From the NCBI GenBank assembly GCA_963767925.1, contig CAVYGB010000006.1:160001-224000 (forward strand): a stretch of 64,000 nucleotides of DNA, in the 5' to 3' direction. Made by a program: the position numbers and the translations under genes. Source of the stretch: an uncultured delta proteobacterium (lineage in GTDB: Bacteria > Myxococcota_A > Polyangia > Fen-1088). The notes under the pieces were generated by a model. The model worked only from the letters and a program-made list of their open reading frames with translations. It had not been told where the DNA came from and did no database searches. This document shows positions 55,964 to 64,000 of the stretch, one piece after another (within the stretch, counting starts at the first letter, position 1; every line of letters starts with the position of its first letter).

Positions 55964-57397
55964 ATGGAGCTGAACGCACGGCGGAGCTGGGAGCGCGCCC
56001 AGAAATTCTTCGGGTCGCGCATCTGGGCCGCGGGCCTCGACGAGGTCCGCCGCAGCCGCGCGCTGCTCTACCGGACCGCCCGGGTCCTGTACGCCACAGT
56101 ACTGGGCTACCGGCAAAAGCGGCTCAACTTCCGGGCGGCCGCCCTGACCTACTTCAGCGTGCTGTCGGTGGTCCCGTTCCTGGCCTTCGCCTTCTCCGCC
56201 CTCAAGGGGTTCGGGCTGTACAAGCGCCTGGTCGACGACACAATCCGGCCCTACCTGGCCTCGACCTTCGGCGAGAACCCGACCCTGCTGCGCGCCCTCG
56301 AACAGGTGCTGGCCTACGTCGAGCAGACCGATTTTTCCCGGATGACCGCGGTGGGCGTCCTGTTTCTGGCCTACACCAGCATCAGCCTGCTCTCCACCAT
56401 CGAGACGTCGCTCAACGACATCTGGGACGCCAAGACCTCGCGCCCGCTGGTCCGGCAGATCACCGACTACACGACGCTGATGGTGATCACCCCCCTGCTG
56501 ATGCTGGCCGCCGCCGGCTTCCGGACCGCGGCCAGCTCGTCGGGCATCATGAGGTTCCTGACCAACACCCTGGCCCTGGGGCCGGTCATCGATTTCCTGT
56601 TCACCCTGGCCGCGGTGGTCCTCACCTGCGTGGCCCTCACCGCCATCTACGTCCTCATGCCCAACGTGCGGACGCGCCTGTCCTCGGCGGCGCTGGGCGG
56701 CGTGACGGCCGGCCTGCTCTGGCAAGGATCGCTGATCCTGCAGGTCAAGCTGCAGGTGGGGGTGGCCAACTACAACGCCATCTATTCGGGCCTCGGCGCG
56801 GTGCCGATCTTCCTCGTCTGGATGTACATCTCCTGGATGATCGTGATGCTGGGGGCCCAGCTCGCCGCCGCCCACCAGAACGAGCAGGGGCTGCGCCAGG
56901 CCATGCGGGCCCGCCATGCCGACCAGGAGCTGCGCGAGGTGCTGGCGGTGGCCGGGACCGCCGAGATCACCCGCCGCTTCCTGGACGGCGCCGCGCCGCC
57001 CACCCAGATCGAGCTCACCGAGCTGCTCGACGCCCCCGCCCCCACCGTGCAGGAGGTGCTCGACGGCCTGGTGAAGGCGGGCATCCTGGCCCGGGCGGTG
57101 TGCGGCCAGGACCTCGGCTACTTGCCCGCCCGCGACGTGGAGGCCGTGCGGCTGGCGGACGTGCGCGAGGCGGTGCGCGCCTCGCCGGAGGCGGCGGAGC
57201 TCAAGGCCGCCGTCGAGAGCCGGCTGCGCGAGAGCCTGCGCGAGCTCCTGCGTCTCGAGCAAACCTCCTACCGCCAGGGCGCCGGCAGCTTGACCCTGCG
57301 CCAGCTCGCCCAGCACGCCGCCACCCATCCCCGCCCCCGCCCCGCCCCCGTCCCGCCCGATCAGATCGACGCCAAGCAACCCACCGTCCCGACCTGA
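55964..57397 (+). CDS. YihY/BrkB-family membrane protein with C-terminal HTH-like extension
   Basis: RAAALTYFSVLSVVP, IETSLNDIW, MPNVR, YNAIYSGLGAVPIFLVW.YISW.IV.LGA. Confidence 0.9.
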   Translation: MELNARRSWERAQKFFGSRIWAAGLDEVRRSRALLYRTARVLYATVLGYRQKRLNFRAAALTYFSVLSVVPFLAFAFSALKGFGLYKRLVDDTIRPYLASTFGENPTLLRALEQVLAYVEQTDFSRMTAVGVLFLAYTSISLLSTIETSLNDIWDAKTSRPLVRQITDYTTLMVITPLLMLAAAGFRTAASSSGIMRFLTNTLALGPVIDFLFTLAAVVLTCVALTAIYVLMPNVRTRLSSAALGGVTAGLLWQGSLILQVKLQVGVANYNAIYSGLGAVPIFLVWMYISWMIVMLGAQLAAAHQNEQGLRQAMRARHADQELREVLAVAGTAEITRRFLDGAAPPTQIELTELLDAPAPTVQEVLDGLVKAGILARAVCGQDLGYLPARDVEAVRLADVREAVRASPEAAELKAAVESRLRESLRELLRLEQTSYRQGAGSLTLRQLAQHAATHPRPRPAPVPPDQIDAKQPTVPT

Positions 57398-57596
57398 TCC
57401 GCCGGCGCCCCCGCCCCGGCCACCCGCCGCGTCGCGCGCCGGTAACCGATCGGGAGGGACGCGCTGTTATGCGTATACCCTCGCGTTACTTGGTGGCCCA
57501 GCGTCGGAAATTCTGACCGATACGGCGGTTCCCACACAACTAACCAGGGAGTAGATCTAGGCGGGTACATCCCCCTCCTTGGAGCCTTTCACCCAC

Positions 57597-58868
57597 ATGA
57601 CGACTCGCATTGCCGAGCAGCGGCGAACCGCTTCTCTCCTGGCCGCGGCCTGCGCGCGCACCGCCCTCGTGGCGGCCATCGCCCTCGCCGCCGCCTGTCA
57701 GCCCGTCCCGTCCGCGCCCGCCGTCGACGCGGCGCCGGTGCCGCCCCCCCCGCGCCCCGACGCCGCGGTCCAGGATCCTCCACCGCCGCCCGACGCCAGC
57801 ACCGCCGTCACCCCCGACGCCGCCCCCCCCGAGGACACCGCCCCCCTCACCGACGCCGTCCCCCCCACCGACGCCGTCCCGGTCGTGACCCTCTTCGAAA
57901 ACCCCCTCGCCCCCCCACCCGCGAACCTGAACGACGTGGGTTTGTTCACGGCCCTACCGGATCTCACCGCGGTCGATACCCGGGCATTCGACTTCGAGCC
58001 GCGTTTCCCGCTGTGGAGCAACGGCCTGGAGAAGCTGCGCCACATGATCCTGCCCCAGGGCGAGCTGGGGATCGGCAAGATCAACACGGCGAACCGCGAA
58101 GCCTGGGACTTTCCCGTGGGAACGCTGTTCTTCAAGACCTTCACCCAGGACCCGTCTGCCGACGGCAAGGTGCGGCCGGTGGAGACCCGGCTGATCCGCC
58201 GGATCAAGGCCGACGGACCGGTCGGCGAGCAGTGGGAGTTCTTCGCCTATCAGTGGAACGACGCCGGCACGGACGCAGTGTTGCTGACCAACCGGACCTA
58301 CCAGGTGCCGGTAAACGTCACCATCAAGAGCAAGCCCGTCACCCACAACATTCCTTCGCAGATTGACTGCCGGAGTTGCCACATCTCGAACCTGAGCCCG
58401 ATCATCGGCTTCGATGAGCTCCGGCTCAACGGGCGCCGGGGCGCGGCGACAAGCACGCAACTTCAAGACGTCATCGCCAAGGGATGGCTCAGCAGCCCTC
58501 CGTCTCCGCCCTTCGCCGAGGTGGTGGAGCCCAACCCAGCCCAGAAGTGGATTCGAGAGTACATGCACGCGAACTGCGGCCACTGCCACAACGGCGGGCC
58601 CCCGGTCGGAAACATAACCAGGCTCTACGACCTTCGCGAAAAGGCCTTTCTGGGGAATACCATCGGCAAGCGCGTCGAGGAACGCAGCGCCGAAGGCTTG
58701 CGGATCGTTCCCGGCAATCCAGAGCTGAGCGTGCTCTATCTGGCTTTCCGGCGAGACCGAACCATGCACCCCGAGCTCAAGCCCATGCCAGAAATCGGCG
58801 TCGACGTCGTCGACGAGGATGCAGCCAAGAGGCTGTACGACTGGATCCGATCGCTTCCCGCTCAGTAG
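57597..58868 (+). CDS. Diheme c-type cytochrome lipoprotein (SO2930-like), paralog 1
   Basis: AAAC lipobox; PLWSNGLEK, FPVGTLFFKTF, VETRL, CRSCH, HANCGHCH, KPMP. Confidence 0.8.
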   Translation: MTTRIAEQRRTASLLAAACARTALVAAIALAAACQPVPSAPAVDAAPVPPPPRPDAAVQDPPPPPDASTAVTPDAAPPEDTAPLTDAVPPTDAVPVVTLFENPLAPPPANLNDVGLFTALPDLTAVDTRAFDFEPRFPLWSNGLEKLRHMILPQGELGIGKINTANREAWDFPVGTLFFKTFTQDPSADGKVRPVETRLIRRIKADGPVGEQWEFFAYQWNDAGTDAVLLTNRTYQVPVNVTIKSKPVTHNIPSQIDCRSCHISNLSPIIGFDELRLNGRRGAATSTQLQDVIAKGWLSSPPSPPFAEVVEPNPAQKWIREYMHANCGHCHNGGPPVGNITRLYDLREKAFLGNTIGKRVEERSAEGLRIVPGNPELSVLYLAFRRDRTMHPELKPMPEIGVDVVDEDAAKRLYDWIRSLPAQ

Positions 58869-58887
58869 CTACTTTTGGAGGGACCTC

Positions 58888-60483
58888 ATGACACGTTTCC
58901 ACGGGTTTAATCTCAACGTCTTTGTAGCCCTCGCGGTGGCACTACCGCTGTGTGCTTGCTCGTCTTCCGAGCCTCCGGGCAATCCGCCCGCGGGCGGCTC
59001 GGGCCAAGCCGGCACGGGCGGCTCCACCGGATCAACCGGCGGCTCCGGTGGTCAGTCCGCCACGGGCGGCGCAGGCGGAGGAGCGGGAGTGGGCGGCAGC
59101 CCCAGCGCCGGGACCGGCGGCGGTTCGGCGGGTGCGGGCGGCGCCCCCACCGCGGGTACGGGCGGCAGCCCGACCGCGGGGACCGGCGGTGGCGGGGCCG
59201 GCACCGGAGGCACACCGGGACCGGGACCGGGCCGCGCCGACTCTGGCATGGGAGGCAGCACCCCGACACCCGGGGACGGACCCACGCCCAGCGCGAACGT
59301 GTGTGACTACACCCCGAAGCAGAACGCCCTCACCGCCAAGCTCGGCTTCCAGAAGATCGAGCTGAAGAACCTCCCGACGATGGGGAGCCCCGATCGGAAT
59401 CCGGGCGGGTACAGCTACGGCATCACCGAGGTGAAGTTCGTCCCGGGCTCGTCGACCGAGTTCTTCGTGACCCGCAAGGTCGGCAGCGTCTATCACTACC
59501 GGCTCGACGCCGCCGAGGGAAACAGCGCGACCCTGGTGTCGGCTGGGCAGGTGCCGAACGTGCGGTCCGCTCAGGACGCTGGCCTCATCGCCATGACGTT
59601 CGATCCCGACTTCGCCACCAACAAGTTCGTGTACTTCGGATACGTGAACAACGGCGGCGGACGCCGCTCCGTGATCACGCGCTTCACCTACGAGAACAAC
59701 GCCCTCACCAACCCCCAGCAGATCATCGACTTTGCCACCAACACCGGCGGCAACCTCTACCACTCCATCGGGTCGATCGGGTTCGACAGCAAGGGCGCGA
59801 TGTGGGCGCTCCATGGGGACTGGGACATGATGGGCGGCAGCCTCTCCCAGAACCTCGATTCACGTCTGGGTAAGCTGCTCCGGATCATCCCGAGCCGCGC
59901 TCCGATGGCCGGCGGGTTCGAACCCGCGCCCGGCAACCCGAACCCCGCCTCGCCGGTCTACGCCCGTGGCCTCCGCTCGCCCTGGCGAGGTGCCGTCGAC
60001 TCGAAGGGTCGGTACATCGTCGGCGACGTGGGACCGACGGACAACGAAGAGGTGAACGTCATCTCCTCGGCGGGCCAGAATCTCGACTGGGGCCCCACCG
60101 GCGCCACCAGCACCTGCCGCACGGGAAATCTGGTCTGCTACACGACCGGCTTCATGGCGCTGGACGGTGGAAACAAAGAGGAGCGGCGGGGTCGCTCTGT
60201 GTGGGTGGGACCGCAATACGGCGACTGCGGAAAGGACCGGTACGGCGGCGCCCTCACCGGAGTCTACTTCTTCGGCGACTTCTTCACCGGCTGGGTGACC
60301 GGGCTGCTCATCGGGGATGACAACGCCAAGGGACGCCACGCTCAGCTCGGAATCCTGGGGACCGTCTCCGCCTGGGATCAGGCTGCCGACGGGTACCTCT
60401 ACCTGGCGAAATACGGCAACTACGACCACGAGGGCGCGACGGGCGAGGACCAGGGTGTCTTCCGGGTCGTGATCGCGCCGTAG
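58888..60483 (+). CDS. PQQ-dependent sugar dehydrogenase-like (GSDH) beta-propeller lipoprotein
   Basis: RBS GGAGG; LCAC lipobox; Gly-rich linker; GLIAMTFDPDF, LGKLLRI, YARGLRSPWR, VGDVG, EEVN, YFFGDF. Confidence 0.8.
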   Translation: MTRFHGFNLNVFVALAVALPLCACSSSEPPGNPPAGGSGQAGTGGSTGSTGGSGGQSATGGAGGGAGVGGSPSAGTGGGSAGAGGAPTAGTGGSPTAGTGGGGAGTGGTPGPGPGRADSGMGGSTPTPGDGPTPSANVCDYTPKQNALTAKLGFQKIELKNLPTMGSPDRNPGGYSYGITEVKFVPGSSTEFFVTRKVGSVYHYRLDAAEGNSATLVSAGQVPNVRSAQDAGLIAMTFDPDFATNKFVYFGYVNNGGGRRSVITRFTYENNALTNPQQIIDFATNTGGNLYHSIGSIGFDSKGAMWALHGDWDMMGGSLSQNLDSRLGKLLRIIPSRAPMAGGFEPAPGNPNPASPVYARGLRSPWRGAVDSKGRYIVGDVGPTDNEEVNVISSAGQNLDWGPTGATSTCRTGNLVCYTTGFMALDGGNKEERRGRSVWVGPQYGDCGKDRYGGALTGVYFFGDFFTGWVTGLLIGDDNAKGRHAQLGILGTVSAWDQAADGYLYLAKYGNYDHEGATGEDQGVFRVVIAP

Positions 60484-60513
60484 TCCCGACCACCCAAGAC
60501 GAGCGTCTCCTGG

Positions 60514-60554
60514 AGCAGCCCGGTCTCGCGAGAGCCCCGGGCTGCTTCTTTTTT
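60514..60554 (+). terminator. Rho-independent terminator
   Basis: Stem AGCAGCCCGG/CCGGGCTGCT followed by TCTTTTTT. Confidence 0.75.
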
Positions 60555-60579
60555 GGCTTTCGTTAGTTAGAGGTTCCTC

Positions 60580-61824
60580 ATGACATGGTCCCGAGCTGTC
60601 GTTCTCTCAGCGACTCTCCTGTTGATGGGATGTGCAGCGGACGCGGGGCCGGCGCCCGCTCCTCCGATGCCGCCCTCCAGCTCGATGCGGGACGACGCGG
60701 GAGCTCCTGATCGTTCGGCCGAGATCCCGGTTTCTGCCGACGGCGGGCTGAGCCCCGACCTTGCGAGCATGACCCCATCGGATGCCGCAGCCTCGGGTGA
60801 CGGAGCCGCCGCTGGCGAAGCGGGCGTCACCGTGGTGAGCCTATTCGAAAATCCCCTCGCGCCGCTCCCCACCAACCTGAAGGACGTGGGTCTGTTCGCC
60901 GCCTTCCCTCGCACCGACCAGGTCGATCCGCGAGCCTTCGCCTTCGAGCCACGGTATCCGCTCTACAGCAACGGCCTCGACAAGGCTCGCTACGTGGTCC
61001 TTCCGGCCGGGACGAAGATCGATACCAGCACCCGGGACTCCTGGGACTTTCCCGTGGGGACGCTGCTGTTCAAGACCTTCGGCTTCAAGGATCCCGCCAG
61101 CGACGGCGCGCTCAAGCCGGTCGAGACGCGGCTGATCCGCCGGGTCGCCAACACGGGCGCGATCGAAGCGCAGTGGCAGTTCAAGGTCTGGGAGTGGAAC
61201 GCCGACGCCACCGAGGCCACGCTGCTGGAAGGCCGCCGGCGCACGCCGCGCGAGGTGTTGGTAGGGGGGCAAACCATCACCCACAACATCCCCCGACTCG
61301 GTGACTGCTGGAGCTGCCACATCGCCAACAAGTCGCCGGTCATCGGCTTCGATGAGCTCCGCCTGAACCACGGGGTGGGAAGCGCACAGGAGACGCTGCT
61401 GCAGCAGGTGGTCGCCAAGGGCTGGCTCACCACCGCCCCTCAGACGCCATTCCTCGAGGTGCCAAGCGGCCGCAACCCTCTCGAGAAGCAGGTCCTGGAG
61501 TACGCCACCGCCAACTGCGTTCATTGCCACAACGGCGTTCAGGAGACCCGCGAGCCGGGCCAGCGCTACGCCGCGCTGGATCTGACGCCGGCGCGGCTGG
61601 TGGCCAGCACCGTCAACCAGATGACGATGACCTCCGGCACCGCCCCGGGCGTCCGGGTGGTCCCGGGCGACCCCGCCCGAAGCATCCTCCTGCTGGCGCT
61701 GAGAGCCGTCGACAACCCCGATGCCAACACCGAGGTGAAGCCAATGCCCCTGGTCGGTGTAGACCGCGCCGACCAGACCGCGATCGACCTGTTCCAGCGC
61801 TGGATCACCGCCCTCCCCCGCTGA
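60580..61824 (+). CDS. Diheme c-type cytochrome lipoprotein (SO2930-like), paralog 2
   Basis: LMGC lipobox; PLYSNGLDK, FPVGTLLFKTF, VETRL, CWSCH, TANCVHCH, KPMP. Confidence 0.8.
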   Translation: MTWSRAVVLSATLLLMGCAADAGPAPAPPMPPSSSMRDDAGAPDRSAEIPVSADGGLSPDLASMTPSDAAASGDGAAAGEAGVTVVSLFENPLAPLPTNLKDVGLFAAFPRTDQVDPRAFAFEPRYPLYSNGLDKARYVVLPAGTKIDTSTRDSWDFPVGTLLFKTFGFKDPASDGALKPVETRLIRRVANTGAIEAQWQFKVWEWNADATEATLLEGRRRTPREVLVGGQTITHNIPRLGDCWSCHIANKSPVIGFDELRLNHGVGSAQETLLQQVVAKGWLTTAPQTPFLEVPSGRNPLEKQVLEYATANCVHCHNGVQETREPGQRYAALDLTPARLVASTVNQMTMTSGTAPGVRVVPGDPARSILLLALRAVDNPDANTEVKPMPLVGVDRADQTAIDLFQRWITALPR

Positions 61825-61825
61825 C

Positions 61826-61860
61826 CCCCAGATCGGAACACACCCAGGACCGATCTGGGG
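61826..61860. terminator. Stem-loop just after a stop codon (terminator or stability hairpin)
   Basis: CCCCAGATCGG...CCGATCTGGGG, 11-bp perfect stem, no clear U tract. Confidence 0.5.
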
Positions 61861-61939
61861 TGCTGTGCGTTTCTGTAGACAGACTCGGTCGATCGTCATA
61901 GCCTGGCGCTCTCAGACATTTTTTTCAGGAGCAGGCGAC

Positions 61940-63457
61940 ATGGTTCATCGCATGGCCACGTTCGCGTGGGTCGGGGTCTTGGCGGCTGGTCTCGCCGGTT
62001 GCATCCTCCAACCGAACCAATATTCCGCGGAATCTACGGAGCTCCTGCCGGATGCGGGGCCCGGGCGCGGTCCGGGCACTGCGGAGCCCGGACCAGCGCA
62101 ACCTGATGGTGGCGCAGGCGCTCCGCCAGCTGGGGATGGTCCCTCGCCGTCGACGCCGAATGATCCGGACCCGGTTCCGCCGGTTGCCGGCGTCGACGCC
62201 AGCACATCTGCCGTCTGCGGGAACGGGGTGCTCGAACCCGGCGAGGAATGTGAAGGAAACTGCCCTGCATCCTGCACCAACCGGGGTTGCACCAAGTTCG
62301 ACCTCCAGGGCTCTCCCGCGCAGTGCACCGCTCGCTGCGTGGAAATGGGTGTGGAGACGGCCTGCAAGAACGGGGATGGCTGCTGCCCGCCCGGCTGCAA
62401 CACCGCAATTGATGGAGATTGCTCCGTCCAGTGCGGCAACGAGCTCCGCGAAGCAGGCGAGACGTGTGATCCCCTCGCCAGTTGCCCGACGAGCTGTCCG
62501 ACGGTCGACTGTCAGCTTCGCAAGCTCATCAATCCGGGAACCTGCGCCGCCGAGTGCGTGAATGACCGTCAGCTGAGCGGCTGCTGCACCAACGACAGCC
62601 AATGCCCGGGAAATTTCGCGTGTCAGAACAAAACGTGCTCGGGAACATGTATCGCTGGACACAAGCTATGCAACGGCTCCTGCATCCCGAACCGTGAGTG
62701 CTGTGGAAGCTGCTCCGGGGACGTCTGCCAGAACGACGACGTGTTCGAGCGCTTCTGCAACAACGGAACCTGCGCCACCCGCATGAATCGGGACTGCGGG
62801 AACTTCAGGTGCGATGGCGAATCCTGCTCGAGCCAGTGCCGGTCAGGGTTCAAGGAATGTAACGGAAGCTGTATCCCTAACAACCAATGTTGTGGCGGCT
62901 GCCCGGGTTCGTTCTGTCAGGACGACGACGCCTTCGAGCGTTTCTGCAACAACGGAACCTGCGACTCCCGAAGGACCCGGGACTGTGGCAACTTCCGGTG
63001 CTCCGGCGGGTCGTGCTCGAACCAGTGCCGGGACGGACTCAAGTCCTGCGACGGAAACTGCATCCCGGAGTCGAGCTGCTGCGGCGGGTGTTCGGGGACG
63101 GTCTGTCAGAATGACGACGAGTTCGTGAGGTTCTGCGACAACGGGACCTGCCGGACGCAATTCTCCACGGACTGCGCGCCGTTTGGATGCAGTGGCACCA
63201 CCTGTCGGACGAGCTGCAGCGGCCGGACCGTGCTGCAGGATGGTCGGTGTGTTCCGTGTGGCGGCCGCGAACAGCCATGCTGCAGGTCGGGCGACGCTTG
63301 CAACAGTCCGAACGATGGTTGTCGTACGACCCGAGGCTTCTTCCCACCGCCTAAACTCAATACGTGCGGGGAATGCGGCTTTCGTGATGCCCCTTGTTGC
63401 GCCGGAAACACCTGCACGGACGATTTCAACCAATGCAACGGTGGGGTCTGCGGTTAG
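61940..63457 (+). CDS. Cys-rich repeat lipoprotein
   Basis: RBS CAGGAG; LAGC lipobox; CGNG..E.GEEC motifs; three 63-aa, 12-Cys repeats. Confidence 0.8.
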   Translation: MVHRMATFAWVGVLAAGLAGCILQPNQYSAESTELLPDAGPGRGPGTAEPGPAQPDGGAGAPPAGDGPSPSTPNDPDPVPPVAGVDASTSAVCGNGVLEPGEECEGNCPASCTNRGCTKFDLQGSPAQCTARCVEMGVETACKNGDGCCPPGCNTAIDGDCSVQCGNELREAGETCDPLASCPTSCPTVDCQLRKLINPGTCAAECVNDRQLSGCCTNDSQCPGNFACQNKTCSGTCIAGHKLCNGSCIPNRECCGSCSGDVCQNDDVFERFCNNGTCATRMNRDCGNFRCDGESCSSQCRSGFKECNGSCIPNNQCCGGCPGSFCQDDDAFERFCNNGTCDSRRTRDCGNFRCSGGSCSNQCRDGLKSCDGNCIPESSCCGGCSGTVCQNDDEFVRFCDNGTCRTQFSTDCAPFGCSGTTCRTSCSGRTVLQDGRCVPCGGREQPCCRSGDACNSPNDGCRTTRGFFPPPKLNTCGECGFRDAPCCAGNTCTDDFNQCNGGVCG

Positions 63458-63547
63458 TCCCGCTCCGGTCGGAGGACACCTGCGCTCGAGCGCCAACGGT
63501 TTGAGCGGAGGCCCCTGCGGCGTCCGCGGTTCAAACCGTTCGGTGTT

Positions 63548-64000
63548 CTACGAGGCTTCGGCGGCGCGGGAGTGGGGAGGTGGGTCGGGGGGCTGGGGGA
63601 TGGGGGCGGGGGGTGCGGGGCCGTTGGGGGCGGGGCCGTTGGCAGTGGGCGTGGGGGACGGGGGGGCGTTGGCGGCGGGGTTGTCGGGGCCGGTGACGAC
63701 TCGGTTGCGGCCGAGGGATTTTGCCAGGTACATGCCGGCGTCGGCGCGGCCGAGGAGGGCGTCGATGCCCTCGCCGGGGAAGTAGGCGGCGACGCCGATC
63801 GAGACGGTGACGAGGATGGGCTCGCCGGCTTCGTCCTCGATGCGGGCGGCGGCGATGGCGGCCCGGATGCGGTCGGCGACGGTGAGGCCGCCGTCCCGGT
63901 CCGAGCCGCTCAGCAGGACGACGAACTCCTCGCCGCCCCAGCGGCCGGCGAAGTCGAACTTCCGGATCTCGGCGGCCAGCAGGCGGCCCAGGCTGGCCAG
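63548..64000 (-). CDS. Diguanylate cyclase (GGDEF) C-terminus, 5'-partial
   Basis: Minus strand reads AGRWGGEEFVVLL...VTVSIGVA...RADAGMYLAKSLGRNRV. Confidence 0.92.
   Translation of the reverse strand: MASLGRLLAAEIRKFDFAGRWGGEEFVVLLSGSDRDGGLTVADRIRAAIAAARIEDEAGEPILVTVSIGVAAYFPGEGIDALLGRADAGMYLAKSLGRNRVVTGPDNPAANAPPSPTPTANGPAPNGPAPPAPIPQPPDPPPHSRAAEAS

Noticed and set aside
1..64000. tRNA, rRNA, prophage, intact IS or anti-phage defence genes
   Set aside because: No supporting motifs were seen by eye; a covariance or HMM scan would be needed to exclude small RNAs

Overview
Very GC-rich bacterial DNA. The gene content (Cys-rich lipoproteins, DUF1552/DUF1592 pair, MEDS kinase, P450) looks myxobacterial; this is inference. 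About 0.86-20.1 kb is a cobalamin-riboswitch-led operon: a beta-propeller lipoprotein, a BtuFCD-like ABC transporter whose ATPase is fused in frame to CbiX cobaltochelatase plus a ferredoxin, DUF3209, an FNR-like reductase, cbiD-C-ET-L-G-H-(orf)-F, cobO, cbiA, cobD, cbiP and ybaK. The operon has no cbiJ and no cbiMNQO, and cbiL and cobD each carry a frameshift. About 20.9-32.2 kb holds an orphan PTS enzyme I and a signalling block (MEDS-PAS-GAF kinase, response regulators, sigma54 activator and promoter) around a decayed GH15 pseudogene. About 32.3-57.4 kb holds a trypsin-like protease, BlaI plus an M56-SLT fusion, dsbA/dsbB, Cys-repeat lipoproteins, P450, DUF1592/DUF1552, a hybrid kinase, cardiolipin synthase, a Ser-less lipase, a UshA-like tetraheme protein, LigD without a canonical start, and YihY. 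About 57.6-63.5 kb is a visibly less GC-biased diheme/GSDH/diheme/Cys-repeat block, followed by a partial GGDEF gene. A 20-bp palindrome recurs three times. The best candidate for an undescribed system is the transporter-chelatase-redox module at the head of the B12 operon. All calls come from motif reading only; no searches were run.
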